64,000 bases of DNA from Candidatus Binatia bacterium (GTDB taxonomy: Bacteria; Desulfobacterota; Binatia; DP-6). The number at the start of each line of letters is the position of its first letter. Position 1 is the stretch's first letter. Shown here one piece after another: positions 10,204 through 24,219 of the stretch. The stretch covers positions 82,977 to 146,976 of the forward strand of contig JAXLXP010000006.1 in the NCBI GenBank assembly GCA_046327955.1. The letters run 5' to 3'. The translations under genes were made by a program, and so were the position numbers. The notes under the pieces were generated by a model. The model searched no databases. It was given only the letters and a program-made list of their open reading frames with translations, and was not told the origin of the DNA.

Positions 10204-10800
10204 TCACGTGAGATAGACCAGCGGGAACAGGAAGATCCACACGACGTCGACGAAGTGCCAGTAGAGACCGGCATACTCGACGCGATGCTGGACCTTCGCC
10301 CAGGTGGTGGGGCTTCCCGCCGCGATGGCGAGGCAGAGGTTGACGATCACTCCGCCGAGCACGTGCAGCCCGTGCAGCCCCGTCATCAGGTAGTAGTACG
10401 ACCAGAAGAGCCCGCTCGAAGGGAGAATCCCATGGCGGATCTCACCCGAGTACTCGTATCCCTTGTTGCAGAGGAAGAGCAGGCCGAATGCGACCGTGAC
10501 GAACAGGAAGCGCTGCGCCCGCTTGCGATTCCCGGCCGAGACCGCCGCGTGCGCCTCGACGATCGTGAAGCTGCTGGTCACGAGGATCAACGTGTTGATC
10601 GCCGCCAGGCGCGTGTTGACGTGGGACATCTCCTGTTCCCACCCGCCCGAGGCGAATCGCGAGAGGATGAAGCTGCCGAGCAGTCCGCCGAAGACCATGA
10701 TCTCGGAGGCCAGGAACCACCACATCCCGGCCCGACCGAACGGAAGATCGGCGAGACGTTCGCCCTCCCCGTTCCCGTGCCCTGCTGCCGCTGCCTGCAT
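10204..10800 (-). CDS. ctaE: Cytochrome c oxidase subunit III
   Basis: 198 aa; strong AGGAGG RBS before ATG at 10800; conserved subunit III motifs (LHGLHVLGG, YWHFVDVVWIFLFPLVY). Confidence 0.85.
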   Translation of the reverse strand: MQAAAAGHGNGEGERLADLPFGRAGMWWFLASEIMVFGGLLGSFILSRFASGGWEQEMSHVNTRLAAINTLILVTSSFTIVEAHAAVSAGNRKRAQRFLFVTVAFGLLFLCNKGYEYSGEIRHGILPSSGLFWSYYYLMTGLHGLHVLGGVIVNLCLAIAAGSPTTWAKVQHRVEYAGLYWHFVDVVWIFLFPLVYLT

Positions 10801-10811
10801 GTGCTTTCCTC

Positions 10812-12557
10812 CTAGACGGCAGGCGCGCCTTCGGGCGCGGTCTGCGGGATCCAATCGGCTGTCTTGCCGGGTACGCTGTACTCGTACGGGTCGCGGTACA
10901 CCGTCGGTGTCGTCTTGAAGTTCCCATGGGGCGGTGGGGACGAGGTTGCCCACTCGAGGGTGTTGGCCTGCCACGGGTTGTCCGGAGCCTTTTCGCCGGC
11001 GAGCAGGCTCCACGCGATGTTCACGAACAGGATCACCTGCGAGACGATCAGGACGATGGCGGCGATCGTCACGAACTGATGGATGGGCTGCATCGGCTTG
11101 AGGTAGTCGAATTGGTAGGGGTTGTAGATGCGACGATGGTGCCCGCCCAGGCCGACCGCGAAGAGCGGGATGAACACGAGATTGAACGAGATCATGGTGA
11201 GCCAGAAGTGCAGCTTCCCGAGGCGCTCGTTCAGCATGCGGCCGGTCATCTTCGGGAACCAGAAGTAGAGACCGGCGAGACCGCCGAGGATCGCCGAGGG
11301 GAAGAGCGTGTAGTGAAAATGCGCCAGCACGAAGTACGTGTCGTGCAGGTAGATGTCGGCCGCTGCCGCGCCGAGCGGGATGCCCGTGACCCCGCCGATC
11401 AGGAAGCTCGCCAGGGTGCCGACCGCGAACAGCATCGGCGTGGCGAACGTGATCGAGGCCCGCCAGAGGGTGGCGATCATGCTGAAGATCATCACCGCGA
11501 ACGGCACGGAGATGAGGATGGTGGTGACGCTGAAGGGCACCGCCAGCCGCGCGTCGATACCGCTCACGAACATGTGGTGGGCCCAGACGACGAAGCTGAG
11601 GGCTCCGGCGGTGATGGTCGACCAGACGATCGCCCGGTAGCCGAAGATCGGCTTGCGGGAGAACACCGGCAGGATCTCCATGATGGCCCCGAACCCGGGC
11701 AGCAGGATGACGTAGACCTCCGGATGGCCGAAGAACCAGAAGAGGTGCTGCCACAGCAGCGGGTCGCCGCCGCGCTCGGGGAGGAAGAATCCCGTGCCGA
11801 TCGTGCGGTCGAGGAGCAGCATGACCGCGCCGGCGACGAGTGGCCCGACCGACAGCATGAAGAGCACCGCGGCCGTGAGCTGCAGCCACACCATGAGGGG
11901 GAGGCGCATGAGGCTCATCCCCGGGGCGCGCATGTTGACGGCCGTCACGAGGAAGTTGACGCCGCCCATGAGGAACGACGCGAACTCGAGTGCGAGGGCC
12001 AGCAGCCAGAGGTTCCCGCCCCAGTTGACGCCCGTGTACTGCGGATCGGCCGAGAGCGGCGGATACCCGGTCCAGCCGGCCGCCGCGGGGCCGCCGGGGA
12101 CGAAGAAGGACGAGAGCAGCACGAGCGACGCCGTGCCGAGCGTCCAGACCGACATCATGTTGAGCCGCGGGAACGCCATGTCCGGCGCACCCACCATCAG
12201 CGGGATGAGGAAGTTGCCGAACGCCCCCAGGAGGATCGGCATGGCCGCGAAGAACACCATGATGGTGCCGTGCATGGTGACCACGGCGTTGTAGAAATCG
12301 GGCGGGACGACCCCGCCGAACATGGTCGGCTCCGGCACCCAGGAGAAGCCCGGTACGGGAGTCTCGGGCCAGGCGAGCTGCCAGCGGATCAGATAGGCTC
12401 CGATGGCGCCCACGGAAGCCATGAACATCCCGATGCCCAGGTACTGCTTCCCGATGACCTTGTGGTCGACGGAGAAGATGTACTTGCCGAGGAAGCTCGT
12501 CGGCTCGGCGTGCTCCATGTGATGGGTGTGCGATTCGGCTGGTGCGTGCATGCTCAT
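10812..12557 (-). CDS. ctaD: Cytochrome c oxidase subunit I
   Basis: 581 aa from ATG 12557 (GGGAG RBS); heme-copper oxidase signatures (WFFGHPEVY, HHMF, YLHDTYFVLAHFH). Confidence 0.95.
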   Translation of the reverse strand: MSMHAPAESHTHHMEHAEPTSFLGKYIFSVDHKVIGKQYLGIGMFMASVGAIGAYLIRWQLAWPETPVPGFSWVPEPTMFGGVVPPDFYNAVVTMHGTIMVFFAAMPILLGAFGNFLIPLMVGAPDMAFPRLNMMSVWTLGTASLVLLSSFFVPGGPAAAGWTGYPPLSADPQYTGVNWGGNLWLLALALEFASFLMGGVNFLVTAVNMRAPGMSLMRLPLMVWLQLTAAVLFMLSVGPLVAGAVMLLLDRTIGTGFFLPERGGDPLLWQHLFWFFGHPEVYVILLPGFGAIMEILPVFSRKPIFGYRAIVWSTITAGALSFVVWAHHMFVSGIDARLAVPFSVTTILISVPFAVMIFSMIATLWRASITFATPMLFAVGTLASFLIGGVTGIPLGAAAADIYLHDTYFVLAHFHYTLFPSAILGGLAGLYFWFPKMTGRMLNERLGKLHFWLTMISFNLVFIPLFAVGLGGHHRRIYNPYQFDYLKPMQPIHQFVTIAAIVLIVSQVILFVNIAWSLLAGEKAPDNPWQANTLEWATSSPPPHGNFKTTPTVYRDPYEYSVPGKTADWIPQTAPEGAPAV

Positions 12558-12574
12558 CGTCGTGCTCCCGGAGA

Positions 12575-13258
12575 TCAGCTGGCGGCCGCGGCCTTCGCGG
12601 ACTGCTCGGCGAGCCATGCCTGGTACTCGTCTGGCGTCTGGACGACCAGCCAGCCGCGCATCGTGTAGTGGCCGAAGCCGCACAGCTCGGCACACGGCAG
12701 CTCGTACTTGCCCGGGACCGTGGCGTTGAACCACGCCTTGATCATGCGTCCGGGCAGGATGTCCTGCTTCAACCGGGCGGTGGGGATGAAGAAGCTGTGG
12801 ATCACGTCCTTCGAGCGCAGCTCCATGTGGACGTTCTGGTTGACGGGAACGTGGAGCTCGTTGCCGACCTCGAAGTCGTCCGGCGTGCCGAACTTGCCGT
12901 CCTTGCCGGGGTACGTGAAGTCCCAGTTGAACTGGCGCGCCAGGGCGTGGATCTCGATGCCGCCGTCGGGCTGGTGCTCCTTGATCCGCGCCCAGACCGG
13001 GCCGCTGACCCCGTCGATCGAGAGGTCGAGGGCGAGGACCACCGCGGCGGGGATGAGCACCCAGGCCAGCTGGGAGAAGGTTTCACCGCGGACGTATGCG
13101 GCTCTCTCGCCCGGACGGCGGCGATATCGCAACACGAAATAGAGCAACAGCCCTTCGGCCGCGATGAACCATACGCCGACGATGTAGTAGATGAGGGTGA
13201 AGACGTGGTCGACGTCACCCCCATAGGTGGAGATGTTCTGGGGAAACCACTGGATCAT
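12575..13258 (-). CDS. ctaC: Cytochrome c oxidase subunit II (CuA; no fused cytochrome c domain)
   Basis: 227 aa; two N-terminal TMs; CuA ligands HSFFIP...CAELCGFGHYTM; no CXXCH. Confidence 0.9.
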   Translation of the reverse strand: MIQWFPQNISTYGGDVDHVFTLIYYIVGVWFIAAEGLLLYFVLRYRRRPGERAAYVRGETFSQLAWVLIPAAVVLALDLSIDGVSGPVWARIKEHQPDGGIEIHALARQFNWDFTYPGKDGKFGTPDDFEVGNELHVPVNQNVHMELRSKDVIHSFFIPTARLKQDILPGRMIKAWFNATVPGKYELPCAELCGFGHYTMRGWLVVQTPDEYQAWLAEQSAKAAAAS

Positions 13259-13410
13259 GCGGACGAGTCTCCTTCGGACGGGAGTCTCGCGCAGGGCGCG
13301 CGGAGTGGAGCAGTGGCTAGTAGGCCATCACGTCAAAAATGTCCAGATTCGGCGCACTCCGGCCTTGCCGCGCCTTGCTGCTCCGGAATCGGCCCGGTAG
13401 AACGACCCCC

Positions 13411-16059
<2,649 letters not shown>

Positions 16060-16063
16060 GGAC

Positions 16064-17029
<966 letters not shown>

Positions 17030-17036
17030 GAGCGCC

Positions 17037-17483
17037 GTGCCGGTGGTGGTGGGAACCCGCGCCCCGCGCGCCGCCAGTCTCGCCCGTCGGCTCGAGCGCG
17101 GCGGCCGGCGTCTCCTCGGGGCCCTGCGCCTGGTCGACGCAGAGCTCTCGGTGTTGCTCGTATCCGACCGGACGATCCGGCGGCTGAACCGCGACTGGCG
17201 TGGCGCGGATCGCCCCACCGACGTTCTCTCGTTCGCGCAGCAGGAGGGGGCGGGTGCGGCGCCCGATGGGCTCCTCGGCGACGTCGTGATCTCGGTCGAC
17301 ACGGCGCGGCGGCAGGCGCGCGAGCGTGGGTGGCCCATCGGCGAGGAGGCCGAGCGGTTGCTGATCCACGGCGTCCTTCACCTCCTCGGCTACGACCACG
17401 AGCGCTCCGCGACCGAGGCCCGCCGCATGCGGCGGCGCGAGCGGGCGCTGGCTCGCGCGCTCGCGTCGACAACCTCGGCATGA
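17037..17483 (+). CDS. ybeY: Endoribonuclease YbeY (rRNA maturation factor)
   Basis: 148 aa; zinc-binding HGVLHLLGYDH motif; follows phoH as in the common phoH-ybeY operon. Confidence 0.85.
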   Translation: MPVVVGTRAPRAASLARRLERGGRRLLGALRLVDAELSVLLVSDRTIRRLNRDWRGADRPTDVLSFAQQEGAGAAPDGLLGDVVISVDTARRQARERGWPIGEEAERLLIHGVLHLLGYDHERSATEARRMRRRERALARALASTTSA

Positions 17484-17538
17484 TCGGCTACGGCAAGGGG
17501 GGCATGCTGCGCGCGCGCGATGCGGTCGGATTCGGCTC

Positions 17539-19107
17539 GTGGGCGCGGTCCCGGTGACCCGGGGGTCGGGCGCCGGCGCGCCGGCGGTTGGGCGTGGCAG
17601 CCGCGCCGCGCTCGCCATTGCGACCGGGCTCGCGCTGGTGGCCGCGTTTCCGTCCCTCGAGATCGCACCCCTGGCGTGGGTCGGGCTCGTCCCGCTCCTG
17701 GTCGCGATCCGCGGGCTCAGGCCCAGGGCGGCGTTCGCCGTCGGTTGGCTCGCCGGGCTCGTATTCTGGACGGGCAGCGTCTACTGGATCGTCTACACCG
17801 TCTCCCGTTACACGACCGTCCCGCTGCCGGCGGCCGTCGGGCTCCTCCTGCTCGTGGCGAGCGTGCTCGGTTGCTACCTGGGCGCCTTCGCGGCCGGGAT
17901 GCGCTGGTTCGCGACGCGCGGGCTGCCGGCGGTGTGGCTCGCGGCACCGCTCTGGGTGGCGCTCGAGTGGTTGCGCGGCTGGTTCTTCATCGGCTTCCCC
18001 TGGGGACCGCTCGGGGCCTCGCAGTACCGTCACCACGACCTCGTGCAGATGGCCGAGGTCACGGGTGTCTGGGGCGTCTCCGCGGTGCTGGTCCTGTTCA
18101 ACGCGGTGGCGGCGGCCGTGCTCCAGCGTCGGGGAGAGGGCGTGAGGCGCCTCATGCCGGCGCTGTTGGTGTTGACCGTGCTGATGCTGGGGCTCCCGCT
18201 CGCGGGGCACTGGCGCGCGAGCATGCTGCGCCGCCAGCCGGCGGCGGGATCTCTCCGGGTCACGGTCGTGCAGGGCAACGTCGAGCAGGAGCACAAGTGG
18301 GACCCGGCGTTCCAGGACGAGACGCTGGAGCGCTACCAGCGGCTCACGCGCGAGTCCCTCGCCGCGAAGCCGGACCTGATCGTGTGGCCGGAGACTGCGG
18401 CGCCATTCTTCTTCCAGGAACCCGGTCCCCGGCGCGAGGCGGTGCTCGATCTCGCGCGGACGATCGGTGTCCCCCTGCTCTTCGGCAGTCCGGCGGCCGC
18501 GCATGACGCGCGCGGGGAGTTCAAACAGACGAACCGTGCCTACCTGCTCTCGCCGCAGGGGCGCGAGGTCGGGGTCTACGACAAGATGCAGCTCGTGCCC
18601 TTCGGCGAGTACGTCCCATTCGCGCGCGCGCTGTTCTTCGTGGGGCGTGTCGTGGAGGCGGTGGGCGACATCCTGCCCGGTCTCGTGCCGACCGTCTTCC
18701 GGCTGAACGACGCGCGGTTCGGGACCCTCATCTGCTACGAGGGGATATTCCCCGCGGCGACGCGCGAGTTCGCGGCCCGCGGCGCCGACTTCCTGGTGAA
18801 CATTTCGAACGACGCCTGGTACGGCCGCAGCGCCGCACCCTACCAACTCCTCGCGCAGGTGAGCCTGCGGGCGGTCGAGAATCGCGTCCCCATCGTGCGC
18901 GCCGCCAACACGGGCATTTCGGCGATCATCGACGCCGACGGGCGCATTCGCTGGCAGGGCCCGCTCTTCGAGGCGCTGGCGTACACGGCCGAGATCACGT
19001 GGCCGGGCGTGCGGACGGTCTATGGCCGCTGGGGCGACTGGTTTCCGCGGGCGTGCCTGCTGGCGGTCGGGATCGCGCTGGTCGTGGGGATGGCGCGGCG
19101 GCGTTGA
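17539..19107 (+). CDS. lnt: Apolipoprotein N-acyltransferase
   Basis: 522 aa; N-terminal multi-TM region plus CN-hydrolase domain (VVQGNVEQEHKW, VWPETAAPFF, LICYEGIFP catalytic Cys). Confidence 0.85.
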   Translation: MGAVPVTRGSGAGAPAVGRGSRAALAIATGLALVAAFPSLEIAPLAWVGLVPLLVAIRGLRPRAAFAVGWLAGLVFWTGSVYWIVYTVSRYTTVPLPAAVGLLLLVASVLGCYLGAFAAGMRWFATRGLPAVWLAAPLWVALEWLRGWFFIGFPWGPLGASQYRHHDLVQMAEVTGVWGVSAVLVLFNAVAAAVLQRRGEGVRRLMPALLVLTVLMLGLPLAGHWRASMLRRQPAAGSLRVTVVQGNVEQEHKWDPAFQDETLERYQRLTRESLAAKPDLIVWPETAAPFFFQEPGPRREAVLDLARTIGVPLLFGSPAAAHDARGEFKQTNRAYLLSPQGREVGVYDKMQLVPFGEYVPFARALFFVGRVVEAVGDILPGLVPTVFRLNDARFGTLICYEGIFPAATREFAARGADFLVNISNDAWYGRSAAPYQLLAQVSLRAVENRVPIVRAANTGISAIIDADGRIRWQGPLFEALAYTAEITWPGVRTVYGRWGDWFPRACLLAVGIALVVGMARRR

Positions 19108-19195
19108 GGCGCGACGCCCGCTGTCAGAAATCTGGCTCCCCCGCATGGCCGGGCCCTGCTTGAGCCTGCGGGGCGCCCGGCGCGAAGATGTCGGG

Positions 19196-21607
19196 ATGAG
19201 CCGAGGCGCGTCCGCGTCACTGGCGCGTGCGACGCTGATCCGGATGGGGATCCGCGTCGCGATCGTGGTCGTGCTGGCGACCGGCGGGGCCTACGTCCAC
19301 ATGTTCGCGACGCTGCGGGGCCGGGCGCTCGCCGAGCTGCAGACGTACGTGACCGAGCGTGGCCACCGCGAGCAGCTCATCTTCTCCCTCGCACAGGACA
19401 ACCACGCCGTGCTCGTGCGCGCGCTGGAGGAGCGGATTCGAGGGTACCGCGGCATCGACCCGCGCGGGCGGTTCGACGCGCTCTACGCCCGCTGGCCGGA
19501 CGGAACGGTTCGCAACCGATGGGAAGGCTGGGACGGGACGCGGATGGCCGGCGTCTTCGTCGGCCGCGACACCCCGGTGGACGCGGACGTGCGTCGCCGC
19601 GTGCTCGCCGCGGCCGACGTCGTGAGCCAGTTCGGGCCCGCGTTCCACGCTCGTTTCCAGGACACGTACGTCACGACGCCCGACAACATCGGCGTGATCT
19701 ACTGGCCGGAGTACCCGACCTGGTGCCAGGACGCCGCGGCCGACTTCGTGTTCGGGAACGAGGAGTACGTCTGGGTCGCCGACCGGTTCCATGATCCCCA
19801 GCGGCGGACGGTGTGGACCGGCCTGTTCTTCGACAAGGTCGCCAGGAGGTGGATGGCGTCGGTCGAGACGCCGCTCGACGTCGACGGGCGGCACGTGGCG
19901 ACCGTCGGGCACGATGTGATGCTCGACGAGCTGATGCAGCGCACGTTGAACGAACATCTCGCCGGGGGCTTCAACGTGATCCTCCGTGACGACGGCCGGC
20001 TCATCGCCCATCCCGAGCGCATGCGCGAGATCCAGGACCGCGGCGGGCGCTTCGAGGTACTCGTGGACGGCGACGAGCATCTCCGCGCGACGTTCGAGCT
20101 CGTGAGACACCGGCCCCCCGGGCAGGTGGTTCTCGAGGACGTGCGGCACGACGAGTACGTGGCCGTTGCGGAGCTCGACGGGCCGGGGTGGTACCTGCTG
20201 ACGATCCTCCCGCGCAGCGTCGTCACCGGCCCGGCGTGGGAGACGGCCCGCGTCGTCCTGGTGCTGGGCTTGCTCTCGCTCCTCGTCGAGCTCGTCGTCC
20301 TGTCGGTGGTGCTGCGACGACAGGTTCGCCGCCCGTTGGTGGCGCTCATCGGTGCCGTCGATCGCCTGGCCGCGGGTGACGACGACCTGCCGCTCGACAC
20401 GACTCGCCGGGACGAGCTCGGGCGGCTCGCCCGGGCGTTCCGAGCCATGGGCGTGGAGGTCCGCAACCGCGAGCGCGCGCTGCGCTCCAGCCAACGGCTG
20501 TTGCAGAGCATCATCGACACGTCGACGGCGTTGATCTACGTCAAGGACCTCGCGGGCCGGTATCTCCTGGTCAACCGCCGGTTCGCGCAGCTCCGCGGGA
20601 AGGCCGAGGCGGAAATCGTCGGCAGGACCGACCACGATTTCCTCTCGAGGGAGGCCGCGGACAGGTATCGCGCGAACGACCTGCGGGCGCTCGAGGCCGG
20701 AACGGCGATCGAGCTGGAGGAGACGGCGCCCATCGCCGACGGCTCCCGCAGCTACATCTCCATCAAGTCGCCACTCCGCGACGCCGATGGCGCGGTGTTC
20801 GCGACCTGTGGCATTTCCACCGACATCACCGAGCGCAAGCGGGCCGAGGAGGACCGTGCGCGGCTCTACGAGGCGGCAGAGGACGCGAACCGCCTGAAGG
20901 ACGAGTTCCTCGCCACGCTCTCGCACGAGCTGCGTACGCCGCTGCACGCGATCATGGGCTGGGTGCAGGCCCTGCGGCGCGACCTGCTCGATGCGACGAC
21001 CACGACGGCGGCGTTCGAGGCGATCGAACGCAACGCCCGGGCGCAGACGCAGCTCGTCGCCGACCTGCTCGACGTGTCCCGGATCGTCAGCGGCAAGCTG
21101 TGCCTCGAGCTGCGCCCGGTCGCCGTTGCGCCGATCGTCGAAGCCGCGCTCGACACCGTGCGTCCGACCGCGGTCGTGAAGGGTCTCGAGGTGCGGGTCA
21201 TGCTCGATCGCACGGTCGGTCCCGTGTCGGCGGACCCCGACCGCCTCCAACAGGTGATCTGGAACGTGCTCTCGAACGCGATCAAGTTCACGCCCAAAGG
21301 CGGTCGGATCGAGGTCGAGCTCGCTCGGGTCGGCGCAGAGGCCGAGATCGTCGTGCGCGACACGGGCGAGGGAATCCAGCCGGACTTCCTGCCGCATCTC
21401 TTCGAGCGCTTCCGGCAGGGGAACGGTTCGGACACGCGCGTGCACGGCGGCCTCGGCCTGGGCCTCGCGATCGTGCGCCACCTGGTGGAGTTGCACGGCG
21501 GGACCGTGCGGGGCTCGAGCGAAGGCGAAGGGCGGGGCGCCACCTTCACGATTCGGCTGCCGTTGGCGGCGGCCGAACGGCATGCCCCGTCGGAGATCGC
21601 GTGCTAG
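19196..21607 (+). CDS. Sensor histidine kinase (periplasmic dCache-like sensor, HAMP, PAS, HisKA, HATPase)
   Basis: 803 aa from ATG 19196; two TMs flanking a ~300-aa periplasmic region; HisKA H-box LATLSHELRTPLHAIMG; HATPase G-boxes (RDTGEGI, GGLGLGLAIV). Confidence 0.8.
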   Translation: MSRGASASLARATLIRMGIRVAIVVVLATGGAYVHMFATLRGRALAELQTYVTERGHREQLIFSLAQDNHAVLVRALEERIRGYRGIDPRGRFDALYARWPDGTVRNRWEGWDGTRMAGVFVGRDTPVDADVRRRVLAAADVVSQFGPAFHARFQDTYVTTPDNIGVIYWPEYPTWCQDAAADFVFGNEEYVWVADRFHDPQRRTVWTGLFFDKVARRWMASVETPLDVDGRHVATVGHDVMLDELMQRTLNEHLAGGFNVILRDDGRLIAHPERMREIQDRGGRFEVLVDGDEHLRATFELVRHRPPGQVVLEDVRHDEYVAVAELDGPGWYLLTILPRSVVTGPAWETARVVLVLGLLSLLVELVVLSVVLRRQVRRPLVALIGAVDRLAAGDDDLPLDTTRRDELGRLARAFRAMGVEVRNRERALRSSQRLLQSIIDTSTALIYVKDLAGRYLLVNRRFAQLRGKAEAEIVGRTDHDFLSREAADRYRANDLRALEAGTAIELEETAPIADGSRSYISIKSPLRDADGAVFATCGISTDITERKRAEEDRARLYEAAEDANRLKDEFLATLSHELRTPLHAIMGWVQALRRDLLDATTTTAAFEAIERNARAQTQLVADLLDVSRIVSGKLCLELRPVAVAPIVEAALDTVRPTAVVKGLEVRVMLDRTVGPVSADPDRLQQVIWNVLSNAIKFTPKGGRIEVELARVGAEAEIVVRDTGEGIQPDFLPHLFERFRQGNGSDTRVHGGLGLGLAIVRHLVELHGGTVRGSSEGEGRGATFTIRLPLAAAERHAPSEIAC

Positions 21608-21708
21608 GAAACCGACCCGGGACGGGTCTCGGGTCGGGAGCGGACGCGAGCCCGAGACGTTCGGCGGACGGCTGGCACTCGACGGGCCGATTGCTCTAGA
21701 GAAGCGCC

Positions 21709-22506
21709 ATGCACTTCGTCGCGACGACTGCCGTTGCTCTCCTCCTCGGTGCCGTGACGCGGGTCGCGGCCATCGACCTGCCCCCGCCGACACCGTGCCC
21801 CACCTGCTGGGTGCCGCCCGTCGTGACGAGCTGGCAGTGGCAGCTCGCCGGCACCGTGGATCAGTCCGTCGACGTCGCGATGTACGACATCGACCTGTTC
21901 GACAACACCGCCGCGGTGGTGGCCTCGCTGCACGCCGCCGGCCGCAAGGTGATCTGCTACGTCGACGCGGGCTCGTGGGAGAACTGGCGTTCGGACAAGG
22001 ACGCGTTCCCTGCCGTGGTGCTCGGCAAGCGGTACGACGGCTATCCGGACGAGCGCTGGCTCGACGTCCGCCGGCTCGACCTGCTCGGCCCGATCCTGGG
22101 CGCCCGCATGGACCTCTGCAAGGCGAAGGGTTTCGACGGCGTCGAGTTCGACAACGTCGAGGGTTTCAACAACGACACGGGGTTCCCGCTCACCGCCGAC
22201 GACCAACTCGTGTTCAACACCTGGCTCGCGAACGAGGCCCATGCGCGCGGCCTCGACGTCGCGCTCAAGAACGACGGCGATCAGGCGGCGGCGCTGCTGC
22301 CGTACTTCGACTGGGCGCTGGTCGAGGAGTGCGTGCAGTACGGCTTCTGCGGCCAGTTCGTCCCGTTCGTTACCGCCGGGAAGGCCGTCATGGCCACGGA
22401 GTACCGGCGCAGCCCCAAGAAGATCTGCCCGGTCCTGAACGCGCTCGACTTCAACGGGATCAAGAAGCCGAAGAGTCTCAAGGCGCGCCGCAAGGCGTGC
22501 CGGTAG
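21709..22506 (+). CDS. Secreted glycoside hydrolase family 114-like (endo-alpha-1,4-polygalactosaminidase, PelA/Ega3-like TIM barrel)
   Basis: Signal peptide; motifs ICYVDAGSWENWR, FDGVEFDNVEG, CVQYGFCGQ typical of PF03659. Confidence 0.65.
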   Translation: MHFVATTAVALLLGAVTRVAAIDLPPPTPCPTCWVPPVVTSWQWQLAGTVDQSVDVAMYDIDLFDNTAAVVASLHAAGRKVICYVDAGSWENWRSDKDAFPAVVLGKRYDGYPDERWLDVRRLDLLGPILGARMDLCKAKGFDGVEFDNVEGFNNDTGFPLTADDQLVFNTWLANEAHARGLDVALKNDGDQAAALLPYFDWALVEECVQYGFCGQFVPFVTAGKAVMATEYRRSPKKICPVLNALDFNGIKKPKSLKARRKACR

Positions 22507-22512
22507 CGGCGT

Positions 22513-22908
22513 TCAGTCGACCCGCTCCGCGACCTCGATCAACTCGATCTTGTAGCCGTTCGGATCCTCGACGAACGCGATCGTCGATCCGCCGTGTTTC
22601 ATCGGTCCCGGCTCGCGGGTGACGGTCACGCCCTTCGCGCGCAACTCCGCGACCTTGTCGTAGATGCCGCGCACGCCGAGCGCGAGGTGTCCGAAGCCGG
22701 TGCCGACGTCGTACTGGTGCGTGTCCCAGTTGTGGGTGAGCTCGAGGACCGTCTGCTCCTCCTCGGGACCATAGCCGACGAAGGCGAGCGTGAAGCGGCC
22801 GGTCGGGTAGTCCTTGCGCCGCAGGAGGCGCATCCCGAGGACGTCGCAGTAGAAACGCAGCGAGTCCTCGAGGTCGTTCACGCGGAGCATCGTGTGGAGG
22901 AGTCGCAC
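22513..22908 (-). CDS. gloA: Lactoylglutathione lyase (glyoxalase I)
   Basis: 131 aa; MRLLHTMLRVNDLEDSLRFY...HLAFGV.. canonical GloA. Confidence 0.9.
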   Translation of the reverse strand: MRLLHTMLRVNDLEDSLRFYCDVLGMRLLRRKDYPTGRFTLAFVGYGPEEEQTVLELTHNWDTHQYDVGTGFGHLALGVRGIYDKVAELRAKGVTVTREPGPMKHGGSTIAFVEDPNGYKIELIEVAERVD

Positions 22909-22920
22909 GGATGGCCTGCG

Positions 22921-24114
22921 CTAGAGGCTCGCCTTCCGGTACATGGTGACGACCGCCGCGCCGCCGAGCCCGAGGTTGTGCTGGAGCCCCACCTTGGCGC
23001 CCTTCACCTGGCGCTTGTCCGCCTGGCCGCGGACCTGCCAGTTGAGCTCTGCACACTGCGCGAGACCGGTCGCACCGAGCGGGTGGCCCTTGGAGATGAG
23101 GCCCCCCGACGGGTTCACGACCCACTTCCCGCCGTACGTGACGGCGCCCGAGTCGATGAGCTCGCCGCCCTTGCCGGGTGCGCACAGCCCGAGGCCCTCG
23201 TAGGTGACGAGCTCGTTGGTGGAGAAGCAGTCGTGCAGCTCGATCACGTCGACGTTCTCCGGACCGAGACCGGATTGCTCGTAGACCTTCTCGGCGGCCT
23301 TGCGCGTCATGTCGGCACCGATCAGCTTGATGCAGCTCTTCTCGCTGAGCGAGGTCTCGTAGTCGGTCGTCATCGCCATGCCGAGGATCTCGACGGCCTT
23401 TGCCTCCAAGTGGTGCTTCTTCACGAAGTCCTCGCTGCAGAGGATGGCGGCTGCCGCACCGTCCGACGTCGGACAGCACTGGAGCTTCGTGAGCGGCTCG
23501 TAGACCACGGGCGCGTTCAGCACCTGCTCGAGCGTGTACTCGTCCTGGAACTGCGAGTACGGGTTGTTCACCGAGTGCTTGTGGTTCTTGAAGCCGATCT
23601 TCGCGAAGTGCTCGGGCTTGGTGCCGTAGCGCTCCATGTGCTCGCGGCCGGCGTTGCCGAAGAACTGGGCGGTGGGCGGTGCGGATGCGAAGCCGCGCAG
23701 CGCGACCATCAGCTCGAACTGCTTGTCGAGCGGGTTGGTCCGATCGGCGAACTTTGTGCCGAGCGAGCCCTTCTCCATCTTCTCGAACCCGAGCGCGAGC
23801 GCGCACTCGACGAGGCCGCCCTCGACGAACTGCTTCGCCATGAACAACGCGGTCGAGCCGGTCGAGCAGTTGTTGTTGACGTTGTAGACGGGGATGCCCG
23901 TCATGCCGAGCTGGTAGACCGCGCGCTGCCCGCAGGTCGAGTCACCGTAGCAGTACCCGACGCACGCCTGCTCGACGAGCGTGTACGGGATGGCGGCGTC
24001 GGCGAGGGCCTTCTCTCCGGCCTCCTTGGCCATGTCGGGGTAGTCCCAGTTCTTGGATCCTGGTTTCTCGAACTTGGTCATCCCGACGCCGACGACGAAG
24101 ACCTTGCGACCCAT
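22921..24114 (-). CDS. Thiolase-family protein (SCP-x/nsLTP-type 3-ketoacyl-CoA thiolase)
   Basis: 397 aa from ATG 24114 with AGGAGG RBS; [15 protein letters not shown], active-site [12 protein letters not shown]-terminal GHPLGATG. Confidence 0.8.
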   Translation of the reverse strand: MGRKVFVVGVGMTKFEKPGSKNWDYPDMAKEAGEKALADAAIPYTLVEQACVGYCYGDSTCGQRAVYQLGMTGIPVYNVNNNCSTGSTALFMAKQFVEGGLVECALALGFEKMEKGSLGTKFADRTNPLDKQFELMVALRGFASAPPTAQFFGNAGREHMERYGTKPEHFAKIGFKNHKHSVNNPYSQFQDEYTLEQVLNAPVVYEPLTKLQCCPTSDGAAAAILCSEDFVKKHHLEAKAVEILGMAMTTDYETSLSEKSCIKLIGADMTRKAAEKVYEQSGLGPENVDVIELHDCFSTNELVTYEGLGLCAPGKGGELIDSGAVTYGGKWVVNPSGGLISKGHPLGATGLAQCAELNWQVRGQADKRQVKGAKVGLQHNLGLGGAAVVTMYRKASL

Positions 24115-24219
24115 GTTGCACGTTCCTCCTTGGGGGGGTGAGACGAAGAGCCGCAAGGTTTTCCCCCGGGGAACGTGCTGCGTCAAGACGATCCGCCGCA
24201 CGGCCGGGAGCGGTCCCCG

